From assembly GCA_041178425.1 (NCBI GenBank), contig JBEGVH010000009.1, forward strand, positions 209,250 through 273,249: DNA of 64,000 bases. Reading direction: 5' to 3'. Source of the stretch: Pseudomonadota bacterium. Lineage in GTDB: Bacteria > Bdellovibrionota > Bdellovibrionia > Bdellovibrionales > Bdellovibrionaceae. Positions 11,079-20,900 of the stretch are shown in pieces. The position numbers and the translations under genes are program-made. The notes beneath the pieces are model-generated. The model searched no databases and was not told the origin of the DNA. It saw only the letters and a list, made by a program, of their open reading frames with translations. Positions within the stretch are counted from its first letter, which is position 1, and the number at the start of each line of letters is the position of its first letter.

Positions 11079-13109
11079 ATGGACTTTTCACATCTGTCAA
11101 AAATTAAATGGTCACTGTTTTCATCTCAACTAACATACGTAGCCCTTGGCCTCGTCTTACTGAATAGCTTTAATGTGCAAGCGGGGACTTTCAAAAGAGT
11201 TCCTAAACCTATTAATGGTCAATACATAGTGATTTACAATGGCAGCTCGATTGGAGACAACGGTAGCGATCTTGATGACAAAGTCTCCAAAGTGCAAATG
11301 AATTACGGAGCTCGCATTGGAACCCGTTGGAAGAAACATATCAGAGGATTTGTTGCAAAGATGTCTGAGAAAGATGCGCAACGATTAGCAACTCAATCTG
11401 ACGTAGCCATTGTAGAACAAGACAGTATCGTGTATGCCAACACGACTCAAAATGGCGCTCCCTGGGGACTTGATAGGATTGATCAAAAAAGTAGACCTCT
11501 CGACGGGCAATTCAGCTTTCAAACCACAGGCGCGGGGACAACCGCCTATGTGATCGACACCGGCATTCGCTCAACCCACCTTGAATTTTCGGGCCGAGTA
11601 AAATCTGGATATAGTGCCATTGACGATGGCTATGGAACCGAAGACTGCAATGGCCATGGTACACACGTGGCCGGAATCCTCGGTGGAACAACCTACGGAG
11701 TTGCAAAAGACGTGACCTTAGTTCCGGTGAGAGTGCTTGATTGTAATGGCAGTGGTTCTGTCTCTGGTGTAATTTCTGGGATTGAGTGGGTTACAAGTAA
11801 ACAAAAACAGTTTGGTGGTGCTGCCGTTGCTAATCTCAGCTTAGGCGGTTCTGCTTCTTACGCACTTGACACCGCCGTCCAAAATTCTGTTGCGGCCGGA
11901 GTCACGCTTGTAGTCGCTGCTGGAAACGACGGGGCCGATGCTTGCCTCTTCTCACCTTCAAGAGTGACCTCAGCGATCACAGTGGGCGCAACAAACTCAA
12001 GCGACGCACGAGAAGCGTACTCAAACTACGGATCCTGCATTGACATTTTTGCTCCTGGTGAAGCGATAACATCGGCTTTCAACACAAGCAATACCTCAAC
12101 CGCCATCTACAGTGGAACTTCAATGGCGGTTCCACACGTTGCTGGCGCGGCGGCACTTTACCTCGGGCTCAACCCTGGTGCTACTCCAAGTCAAGTGGTC
12201 AATGCCCTTACTGCCAATGCTACAACCAATATAGTTAGTCTTGCTGGAACGGAATCTCCCAATCGATTACTCTTTTCGGGTTTTATCGGAGCGAATCAGC
12301 CGACGATCGACACCATTGCGCCAACCATCAACCTGACCAGTCCCACCGCGGGAGCCTCTCTTCAAGGAACCGTCACACTACTTGCTTCGGCCCAAGATGA
12401 GGCTGGTGGTAGTGGCATGGCTAAGGTTGAATTCTTTGTCGACGGCGTCAGCGTTGGCACTGTGACAACGAGCCCTTTTCAAATGGCCTGGAATTCGATC
12501 AACGCTGCTAACGGAAGCCACAACTTCTTTGCGAAAGCTACAGACGTCGCAGGCAATCTCGCTACCTCGAGCACCATCAATGCCTTGGTCTCTAACCCAA
12601 CAACAACTCCAACGCCCGTCCCCGCGTGTTCAACCACAAGTCAGATTCTTGTTAATCCTGGTTTCGAGAGCGGCTCTCGATCCGGATGGCTTGCCTCCTC
12701 TGGAGTGATCACGAGCAGCTCTTCTGCACCGGCTAATTCGGGAATTTGGAAGGCTTGGCTCAATGGTTATGGAAAGTCTTCAATCAATGCCATCTCTCAA
12801 AAAGTCACGATCCCTGCCAACGCCTGCTCTGTGATCTTGAGCTATTGGTTACGAGTTGTAACAGCAGAGCCCACCAGCGGGGGCGCGAAGGATACTCTCG
12901 TTGTATCTTTAAATTCGGCCAATGGCACCTACTTAAAGACTGTGGCTAATTACTCAAACCTCAATGCCTCATCGACTTACCAAATGATGCGAGTCGATCT
13001 TTCGGCCTACAAAGGGCAAACCATCCAAATTCAGTTCACGGGCATTGAAAATTCATCGAAATCGACCAGCTTCTTAGTGGATGACACCGCACTCACAATA
13101 AGTAAATAA
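11079..13109 (+). CDS. Secreted S8 subtilisin-like (aqualysin/proteinase K type) protease with I9 propeptide, Ig-like domain and C-terminal beta-sandwich domain
   Basis: Signal peptide; PWGLDRIDQ; catalytic triad motifs DTG, HGTHVAG and GTSMA. Confidence 0.93.
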   Translation: MDFSHLSKIKWSLFSSQLTYVALGLVLLNSFNVQAGTFKRVPKPINGQYIVIYNGSSIGDNGSDLDDKVSKVQMNYGARIGTRWKKHIRGFVAKMSEKDAQRLATQSDVAIVEQDSIVYANTTQNGAPWGLDRIDQKSRPLDGQFSFQTTGAGTTAYVIDTGIRSTHLEFSGRVKSGYSAIDDGYGTEDCNGHGTHVAGILGGTTYGVAKDVTLVPVRVLDCNGSGSVSGVISGIEWVTSKQKQFGGAAVANLSLGGSASYALDTAVQNSVAAGVTLVVAAGNDGADACLFSPSRVTSAITVGATNSSDAREAYSNYGSCIDIFAPGEAITSAFNTSNTSTAIYSGTSMAVPHVAGAAALYLGLNPGATPSQVVNALTANATTNIVSLAGTESPNRLLFSGFIGANQPTIDTIAPTINLTSPTAGASLQGTVTLLASAQDEAGGSGMAKVEFFVDGVSVGTVTTSPFQMAWNSINAANGSHNFFAKATDVAGNLATSSTINALVSNPTTTPTPVPACSTTSQILVNPGFESGSRSGWLASSGVITSSSSAPANSGIWKAWLNGYGKSSINAISQKVTIPANACSVILSYWLRVVTAEPTSGGAKDTLVVSLNSANGTYLKTVANYSNLNASSTYQMMRVDLSAYKGQTIQIQFTGIENSSKSTSFLVDDTALTISK

Positions 13110-13129
13110 GCTCACTTTATTTACATCAT

Positions 13130-13174
13130 CAAAACAAAGGGTCTGCACAACAAGAGCAGACACTTTGTTTTTGA
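13130..13174 (+). terminator. Hairpin/terminator after the S8 protease gene
   Basis: CAAAACAAAGGGTCTGC...GCAGACACTTTGTTTTTG inverted repeat. Confidence 0.6.
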
Positions 13175-13210
13175 ACCTAAAAGCTCACCGACCTAGCTTA
13201 GGACGCCTAT

Positions 13211-13240
13211 TTGACAAGGGTTTCAGGCATGCGATAAAAT
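13211..13240 (+). promoter_or_regulatory. Putative sigma-70 promoter
   Basis: TTGACA-N18-TAAAAT, ending 6 nt before the ATG at 13247. Confidence 0.5.
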
Positions 13241-13246
13241 TACGTT

Positions 13247-13900
13247 ATGAGAAGGATGCTCACGTGTCTCAAGTTGATATGTCTTCTTGGAGCCACATTT
13301 TTTCAAAACCGATCACTTGCCATAAGTTCGAGGCTGAACATTCGGGAGACGATCGATCAAGCGACAGTGAACGTGGTTGAAATCTATTCTTATGCTCAAC
13401 ACCCACTAACGAGCTCTAAATTAGATCGAGTCATACTTAACAACTGCCAGAATTTATCCTACGGACCCGAACATGAGCAGCCAATGATAGGTTTTTCTTT
13501 GATGGCATTTCCCGCGGAACTCCTCGTTGACTATTTTCGGACACATCCTAATATTTGCCCGTACTCAGCTCGCGAGGCTCTCGCCGTTATCGAAGCCAAG
13601 CTTGGTAAAAAAGTGGCTCTGAAAGTGGCCACAAATTATTTAACTTCTTTTAAAGATTTTCAAAACTACGCCTGGTTCGATGTTGTCTGGGACTTTATTC
13701 CTATGCTTCATCTTTATGATTCAACATGCACCCGCGCCCACTTGGCTGCTTTCACAAATATCTACTGCGGCTATGCTAAAACCGACGATCTCAATCATCT
13801 CATCAAACAATACTACAAAAAGTGTAAAAACCGGTTTGTTCAATGCGAGAAACACAGAAGAAACTTATTTAATCAAACGGCAACTAATTTAGGAACTTGA
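13247..13900 (+). CDS. Hypothetical secreted protein
   Basis: 217-aa ORF with a signal-peptide-like N-terminus and several Cys. Confidence 0.7.
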   Translation: MRRMLTCLKLICLLGATFFQNRSLAISSRLNIRETIDQATVNVVEIYSYAQHPLTSSKLDRVILNNCQNLSYGPEHEQPMIGFSLMAFPAELLVDYFRTHPNICPYSAREALAVIEAKLGKKVALKVATNYLTSFKDFQNYAWFDVVWDFIPMLHLYDSTCTRAHLAAFTNIYCGYAKTDDLNHLIKQYYKKCKNRFVQCEKHRRNLFNQTATNLGT

Positions 13901-13931
13901 CCCCTCCATTGCCTGGAGTTATGCCTTCGGT

Positions 13932-15812
13932 ATGATTGACTCAAATTTAAAAACCGAAGACGAAGCAACGCCTCACTTAAACCCAAATTCCTCCTTAGAT
14001 ACCAGCAGGGATCCGGAGTTACATTGGTTCCAGACGGTCTACCAGGGTGACACCGTTCCTCAACTCACTTTTCGAGCCATAGCCATGGGTTCTCTCCTCG
14101 GCGGATTTATGGCGCTATCGAACCTCTATGTGGGTCTTAAAACTGGGTGGGGCCTTGGCGTCGCTATCACCGCTTGTATTTTATCTTTTGCTATTTATCG
14201 CACATTGATGACAGTTTTTCCCAAGCTTTTTCGTTCAGAGCTTTCGATCTTAGAAAACAACTGCATGCAATCAACTGCGTCTTCCGCTGGCTACTCCACG
14301 GGCGGCACAATGACTTCAGCTATTGCCGCCTATCTTCTCGTCACAGGCCAACACATTCCTTGGGGCTTACTCGCGTGGTGGACTTTTTTCCTCGCCGCCC
14401 TTGGTGTTTTTATGGCGATCCCGATGAAGCGCCAAATGATCAATATCGAACAACTCAAGTTCCCAAGCGGTATCGCCGCCGCCGAAACTCTCAAGAGCTT
14501 GCACTCACAAGGAACTGAAGCCGTTAGTAAGGCGCGATCACTGGGTGTGGCCGGAGCTTTTGGTGCTCTCATCGCTTGGTTCAGAGATGCCGGCAAACCT
14601 TTTTCTATTCCTGGAATGATTCCCTTTCCAGGTTCGATCAACGGAATCCCCTTAGCAAAATACACCATCTCTTTTGAAATGAGTGCCATCATGATCGCAG
14701 CCGGTGCTATCATGGGTTGGAAAATTGCCTGGTCTATGCTTCTCGGCGGAATCATCAATTATGGATTTATTACTCCATGGATGGTTGAGCTCGGAGCTAT
14801 CGATGCTACAAAAATTGGATATCGTGCCATTGTTAGCTGGAGCACGTGGACAGGGGGCGCCATTATGGTTACCTCAGGCCTTATCAACTTTGCTTTTCAA
14901 TGGAAAAGCATCGCGCGAGCGTTTGGTAGCTTTTCAAGTGTCTTCAAAAAATCTAAGAACACTGACGCCACAAGGGATGCACTCGCTGCCATAGAAGTTC
15001 CTACGAGTTGGTTTCTTTTGGGAACTCTTATTTCTGGTCTTGGTTGTATTGCTATTCTTTATAACTACTTTGGAACTTCTCTCCTTATGGGAATCATCGC
15101 AGTACTTCTGACCTTCTTTTTGAGCCTTGTGGCGTGCCGAGTGACGGGTGAATCCGATATTGCTCCCGTGGGTGCTATGGGAAAAATCACCCAGTTGACC
15201 TTTGGAGCCTTGGCTCCTTCTAATTTGGTTACCAACCTTATGACCGCAAGTGTAACGGCGGGTGCGGCTGGGAGTTCTGCTGATTTGCTAACCGACTTAA
15301 AGAGTGGGTACATTTTAGGTGCAAACCCACGAAAACAGTTTCTCGCACAGTTTATTGGAATCTTTGCGGGAGTATTGATTGTTGTTCCTGCGTTTTATCT
15401 CATTGTTCCTGATGCTTCGGTTTTAGGAACTGACACCTGGCCAGCCCCTTCGGCCCAAGTTTGGGCTTCAGTGGCAAAACTTCTCTCGGCTGGGATTCAT
15501 TCTCTTCATCCAACAGCGCAAACAGGAATTCTTCTGGGAGGTCTGATCGGAATTATCATTCCACTTTTAGAAAAAGCCTTCCCTAAAATGAGACCCTACA
15601 TTCCGTCGGCTACGGGCCTTGGCTTATCAATGGTAATTCCGTTCTTTAACTCACTTTCAATGTTTATCGGAGCTCTCATCTCTCTGGTTCTTGAAAAGAA
15701 AGCTCCGGCCTTTGCCGATAAATTTATTGTTCCCGTGAGTTCAGGAATCATTGCTGGAGAATCTTTGTTAGGGGTGGCTGTTGCACTCCTAAGCGCCAGC
15801 GGCTTACTTTAA
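13932..15812 (+). CDS. OPT-family (YSL-like) oligopeptide/metal-chelate transporter
   Basis: QLTFRA, NLYVGLKTG, ENNCMQS, LKFPSG.A.AE, DLKSGY.LG and PAPSA motifs; many TM helices. Confidence 0.92.
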   Translation: MIDSNLKTEDEATPHLNPNSSLDTSRDPELHWFQTVYQGDTVPQLTFRAIAMGSLLGGFMALSNLYVGLKTGWGLGVAITACILSFAIYRTLMTVFPKLFRSELSILENNCMQSTASSAGYSTGGTMTSAIAAYLLVTGQHIPWGLLAWWTFFLAALGVFMAIPMKRQMINIEQLKFPSGIAAAETLKSLHSQGTEAVSKARSLGVAGAFGALIAWFRDAGKPFSIPGMIPFPGSINGIPLAKYTISFEMSAIMIAAGAIMGWKIAWSMLLGGIINYGFITPWMVELGAIDATKIGYRAIVSWSTWTGGAIMVTSGLINFAFQWKSIARAFGSFSSVFKKSKNTDATRDALAAIEVPTSWFLLGTLISGLGCIAILYNYFGTSLLMGIIAVLLTFFLSLVACRVTGESDIAPVGAMGKITQLTFGALAPSNLVTNLMTASVTAGAAGSSADLLTDLKSGYILGANPRKQFLAQFIGIFAGVLIVVPAFYLIVPDASVLGTDTWPAPSAQVWASVAKLLSAGIHSLHPTAQTGILLGGLIGIIIPLLEKAFPKMRPYIPSATGLGLSMVIPFFNSLSMFIGALISLVLEKKAPAFADKFIVPVSSGIIAGESLLGVAVALLSASGLL

Positions 15813-15827
15813 CTAAATAAATCATTT

Positions 15828-15865
15828 GTGGCTGTAGCCAGAGATTTTCTCTCGACTACAGCCAT
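15828..15865. terminator. Hairpin between convergent genes
   Basis: TGGCTGTAG...CTACAGCCA inverted repeat. Confidence 0.6.
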
Positions 15866-15883
15866 GATGGCCATCATCAATAA

Positions 15884-16390
15884 TCAGTGACCACTGCGCT
15901 TCATTTGTTTGCCTCGCATAGACCGAATCATCAACATACAGTTAAAAGCATCTTCTCTTTGCGACGGTTGTAACACAGAGTAATTAACTTCCAGTGTAAG
16001 ATCCTGACGAATCTTTAAATGCGCGGCGAGAGCAGAATTAACAGCGGATTGTGCTGCAGCTGCCTCTTCGCGATTTGAGTTTGCGTCTTTAAACGTATGT
16101 CCCAGTGTCAGCATGGCTTTTTTAAGATCGGCTTCCGTTTGGATAGCCTTCTGTTTAGCCTCGTACACCATTTCTTTGATGGTCGACTTTTGTGAATCAC
16201 TCAAGCTGACTTTAGCACAAGGCCCTTTCATCTTAGCCGAGTGTTCATCCTTTTGTTGCTCCCCAGTCTGCGAAGCCTGACTCCCCTGAACTAAATAAGA
16301 CTCCGAAAACAGGGCTTCCGAAGGTTCTGCCGAAGCGAGAGACCAGACCGGGGCCAAACAAAACGTTAATGCCAATAGTTTATTTTTCAT
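15884..16390 (-). CDS. Periplasmic Spy/CpxP-like helical protein
   Basis: Signal peptide; LSDSQK and VLQPSQR resemble the two LTxxQ motifs. The ATG at 16390 follows GGAGG. Confidence 0.7.
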   Translation of the reverse strand: MKNKLLALTFCLAPVWSLASAEPSEALFSESYLVQGSQASQTGEQQKDEHSAKMKGPCAKVSLSDSQKSTIKEMVYEAKQKAIQTEADLKKAMLTLGHTFKDANSNREEAAAAQSAVNSALAAHLKIRQDLTLEVNYSVLQPSQREDAFNCMLMIRSMRGKQMKRSGH

Positions 16391-16488
16391 AATTTCCTCC
16401 TCTGGAAAATATTTGAAGGCCATCATTGAGGAAGAACATTGGCTAATTATTAAAACGATATGATTGAATTATAAAAATAAGGATTATT

Positions 16489-17634
16489 TTACGCGCCGCC
16501 TGGTACGGGCACTGGAGACAATCCAGGTACCCATTGAAAATCGCGCTCGGTCTCACGCTTTTGTTCTTTTTGTGGTTTTTTGCCTGCCGGTCGTTTTTGA
16601 TAGGCACGGTAAAAGAACTGCCAAACATACTCGCCAGCCTCTTTATCGAAGTAAACTATATGATCAAGGTAAAGCCGACGATTGAGGTTGCCAGCATTAC
16701 TCACTTCTCGTGCCATTCTCTCATCGAAACGGTCTTTCAGGTAAAAGAAGTTGCCGAAGGTCTTATCTAAAAAACTACCTCCTATTTCGGTGGTCGCCAC
16801 TTGGCGAGCATAATCGACCGACGCAGGATCGTTAGACATTAACATTTGATGAAACTCAACAGGAACCATGATTGAAGATCCAGAAACAAAGATCTCGTTT
16901 TCGGACCGTTGATTATTATTTAGAAACATTTTTAGTTTATAAAAATTAAGATCGAACTTTTCTTTATTGTAATCAAGCATCGGTTTCCAAAAGTCAGCTA
17001 CGAGATTAGCAGCAAAGATCATCTGAAAAAAAATACTCCTATTGGTTTCAGTTCCTAAGTGAGAAAAATACTCAATAGCGTCATAACTAATGTCGATAAA
17101 TGATGTGAGCATAAATAAGCCTAAAGCCTGACTCACAACCTGCGTCTTTTTCGACCAGGTTTCATTATACACTTTGCGATAGAGCGGCTCTAGCTCTTTA
17201 CCCTTGACCTCTAAATAATCCATAGCTTTCTTGATGTCGTCTCCACGAATTTCATAAGAAATAATTTGTTGGTCGAGTTTAGTGCTTGTGAGATGCTCTT
17301 CGAGGCCATTGAGTCGATCGATGATTTGATTGGCTTTCTTTTTATCGATATTCGCTAATGGGCCTGAATAGGCTAAATCTGAAAAACTTATTCCATCATT
17401 GGAACGGTCGCCAATTTCTTTTTGAATTCGATATTTGATATCTCGAAGGGCGGGCAACGGTGAATTTTTAACAGAGTGGTTTTTAAAATCAGAGTTCAGC
17501 ATGACCTCACAGGTGAGGAGCTTAGACTTTCTGCCAAAAAGAGAGGGCGTGGCCCAAATGGTCGAATTGAAGAAAATTCCGCCGACTAAAGCTAGAGCGA
17601 TTCCAGTTTTATGTAAAAATGCATAGGTCTTCAT
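16489..17634 (-). CDS. Hypothetical secreted/membrane protein
   Basis: 381-aa ORF with a signal peptide and two internal hydrophobic segments; AAGGA upstream. Confidence 0.75.
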   Translation of the reverse strand: MKTYAFLHKTGIALALVGGIFFNSTIWATPSLFGRKSKLLTCEVMLNSDFKNHSVKNSPLPALRDIKYRIQKEIGDRSNDGISFSDLAYSGPLANIDKKKANQIIDRLNGLEEHLTSTKLDQQIISYEIRGDDIKKAMDYLEVKGKELEPLYRKVYNETWSKKTQVVSQALGLFMLTSFIDISYDAIEYFSHLGTETNRSIFFQMIFAANLVADFWKPMLDYNKEKFDLNFYKLKMFLNNNQRSENEIFVSGSSIMVPVEFHQMLMSNDPASVDYARQVATTEIGGSFLDKTFGNFFYLKDRFDERMAREVSNAGNLNRRLYLDHIVYFDKEAGEYVWQFFYRAYQKRPAGKKPQKEQKRETERDFQWVPGLSPVPVPGGA

Positions 17635-17935
17635 AAAAGTTCCTTTTCAAATAAATAAACTTTATATGGGCTTTGATTTACAAAACCGACCACAGAAAGG
17701 CCATCAATAGTTGACCCCTGAAAAAACTTTTCACCGCTCTGGCAATATTTGTTTTTTGCATAATGTGAATTTATTTATTCACTGAGTGAATAGAAAAATT
17801 AAGGTTTTTTCCGATCGAAATCTGCCAAACGTCTCGAAATCGTGCGTTTTTAGAGTTCACCCTGTGGACTGGCTCGGTAAATTTCTTCGCAACCTAAAAC
17901 CTTTGAGTTGACACAAACAAAAACGACCCAAGCAC

Positions 17936-17963
17936 TAAAGTAATTATCCAATAATACCGATAA
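17936..17963 (+). promoter_or_regulatory. Putative sigma-28 (FliA) promoter
   Basis: TAAA-N16-ACCGATAA compared with the consensus TAAA-N15-GCCGATAA. Confidence 0.45.
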
Positions 17964-17971
17964 TTTAAGTA

Positions 17972-20900
17972 ATGATATTCAGGACGAATAAATTCATTTT
18001 TGAGCGCTCTTTGAACCAGTTTTTACTGATGGTTTTGTCTTCTTTTTTTCTAGCATGCCAAATGGACGTTGCTGTTAATTACTCAGACGCATCCAAATCG
18101 TTTCGCATTGCAGGCACAGAAAACCTCGAAAAGATTTACATGAAAGGCAACTCCAGTTTTCAAGTTGTCTGGGACCCAAATGATCTTTCGGAAGAAGATC
18201 AAGATATTATTTTTGAGCTCTCTCTAGACAACGGCAAAACATTTCAAATTGTTGGTGAGGCCAAACGTTTCTCGGGTTCAGCCCTCTTAAATATGCCCAT
18301 CGCCAACACGCCCGGCGCCCTGATAAGGATGCGCGTATCTGCTCAGGTGCTGGGAACCACCAAGGTTTTTACCATCGATTCAACCGCTCCAGAAATCCGT
18401 TCGTCAACTGTCTTAGATGGGAGAGTGAGAGGGGGCGCTGAACAGACCTTGAATCTTATTTTGGCTGATAGTCTTTCAGGAATCAGCTCACTCCAAGTTG
18501 AATTTGAATCGACCGAAAGCCAGGTCATCAAAACCGTATTTTTAAATACGATTCCTGCCGGAGACCTTGAGCGGCTTCAATTGAAGTTTTCCTTTCCCCG
18601 AGTCTCGAAGGAAGGGTTTTTAGTAACGAAGCTGTTCGATCGATCGGGAAATATTTCAATTATCAAGAACCCTCTTAGCATCGACTCAACACCCCCCGAC
18701 TCACCCAACTTCAATTTTGCAACTCCGTCACCGATTTCCACCAACGACGTGACCGTACAGGTGAGTAACTGCGAAGTCGGTACGAAGATACTCTTTACAG
18801 AAAGCTCACTCCAACCAGAAACCAACAGCCCAGATTGGAAGACCTGTGAGCCCGATCAAAACTTTCAACTCACACCCTCGGACGGACTAAAAACGATTCG
18901 TGGCTGGTCTATGGACGATGTCGAAAACATCTCAGGGCAGCCCAGTTCAAAAACCATCGTGCTGGACAGCTCACCTCCGACACTTGCCATATTGAGCCCT
19001 AATATTGGAACGGTGATTAAAGGTGGCACTGAATACAGCCTCTCTTGGCTTGCTTCTGATGCCCTTAGTAGTTTTCAAACCCAACTCGAATTTTCAACCG
19101 ACGGTGGCCTTACGTTTCAGGAACTCCCAAACGGAACCAATTCCAACACACAACCTTGGACTGTGCCACTCATTGATACCAATCAAGCAAAAGTACGGCT
19201 ACGAGCAACTGATGATGCCAATAATACAAGCTCTGTTGTTTCTACAAACTTTATTATCGACTCAACTCCTCCGATGATTACAGTTCCATCCTTGTCCAGC
19301 CTTCGCGGGGGAGCTGAGGCCGTGATTGAATTCTCAACTTCAGATAGTGGCAGTGGAATGGTCGGAGGCTTGTCGTCGGTTCGTTTTGAATACTCCGCTG
19401 ATGGTATAAGCTTTGATCCAATAGCAACCGTCTCAGGACTTGCTTCCTCTTTTCGTTGGTCAGTTCCAATCACAAACACCGAAACGGCAAAATTACGAAT
19501 CATCGCCGTTGATGCCATCGGGAATCAAAAAACCGAAACCACGGGCCCCTTCTCCATCGACTCCACCCCTCCGTCACAACCTACTTTTACCTGGGATACC
19601 CAAAGCCCAACGAATAGCCTCATCGTCAGTTTTACGGCCTCTTCCTGCAATGATATTGCTGGGTATTATGTTAACCTGGGAAGCCCGCCTACAGGAAATG
19701 AAGGGGGCTGGAGGCTCTGTAATACAACGGCTGGAGGTTTATCTTATATAACTTCGGGATTGATCGATGGTGATCAAACTTTTTTTGTTTGGGTCAAGGA
19801 TGCCGTCGGTAATATTAACCCCGTTTCTTCTCAAATGAATTTCGTTTACGATACCACTGCACCTGCACTTCAACTTCTGTCGCCGTCGTCGTCTTTATCT
19901 CTTGCTGGCGAAAAGCAACTCTCAGTGTCCTGGGAAGCCAGCGACGCGCACTTTGGTTTAAAACCAATGAAGCTTGAATACTCCTCAACGGGCACCAGCC
20001 CGTGGACAACACTCATCGCTAGTACGGAGAATGACGGAGCTTTTGTTTGGACGATACCCTCTCTCGATTCTCAAAATGTTAAATTTCGGCTCACAGCCTC
20101 TGACCTTGCAGGAAATATATCACGGGTAGAGAGCCCAACCTTATCAATCGACTCCACTCCACCTCAACCGCCATCAATAAGTTTAACGTCTTCTTCTCCC
20201 ACCGCAAATCGTCGTGTAACGATGACAGTGAATAACTGTAGCGATATACATAAGCTCGTTGCCACTGAAGGATTACCTCCCAATGTAGACGACGACGCCC
20301 TCTGGCACGAGTGTAGTACCGACGCCAACTCATTGGTTTATGATTTACCTACGTCAGAGCAGGGTTCCAGAACCATTAATATTTGGGCTATAGATTCAGT
20401 AAAAAATGTTTCCCTATCGTCTACAGATATCACCATTATTTATGATGATGTCTCCCCTCAATTGACCCTGCAAAGCCTACCAAATACAATCAACAGCGGT
20501 ACGAATATTACAATCACCTGGAGTATTACTGAGGCCACGATCAGTCCGAGTAAGTCTTTTTTAATTGAAGTTAAGCAAAATTCATCTGCCTCCTGGGAGA
20601 CCATCGCAACGGTCGCTTCAACGCTCGGACCGCTCAGCAATAAAACATTTTCGACGACTTGGGCTGTCCCATCGTGGACCACGAATGACGCTAGAATTCG
20701 GATTAGCATTTCGGATCTAGCGGGTAATTTTAGTACCATTGAGTCCAACAACTTTTCTATACAGTCAGGGTTTCCCAATCTTAATCTCACCGGAATTCCC
20801 GATGTGGTTAAGGGGGGTACTTCACTTAATCTCGAACTGATAGCGACCACTCCAGCAGGGCAACTCAATGAAGTGGTACTGAGTTATGCCGCCGATGGAA

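Noticed and set aside
13921..13935. Mini-ORF MPSV overlapping the OPT start (ATGA)
   Set aside because: The GGAG is only 2 nt from its ATG, and a 4-codon ORF is easily explained by chance.
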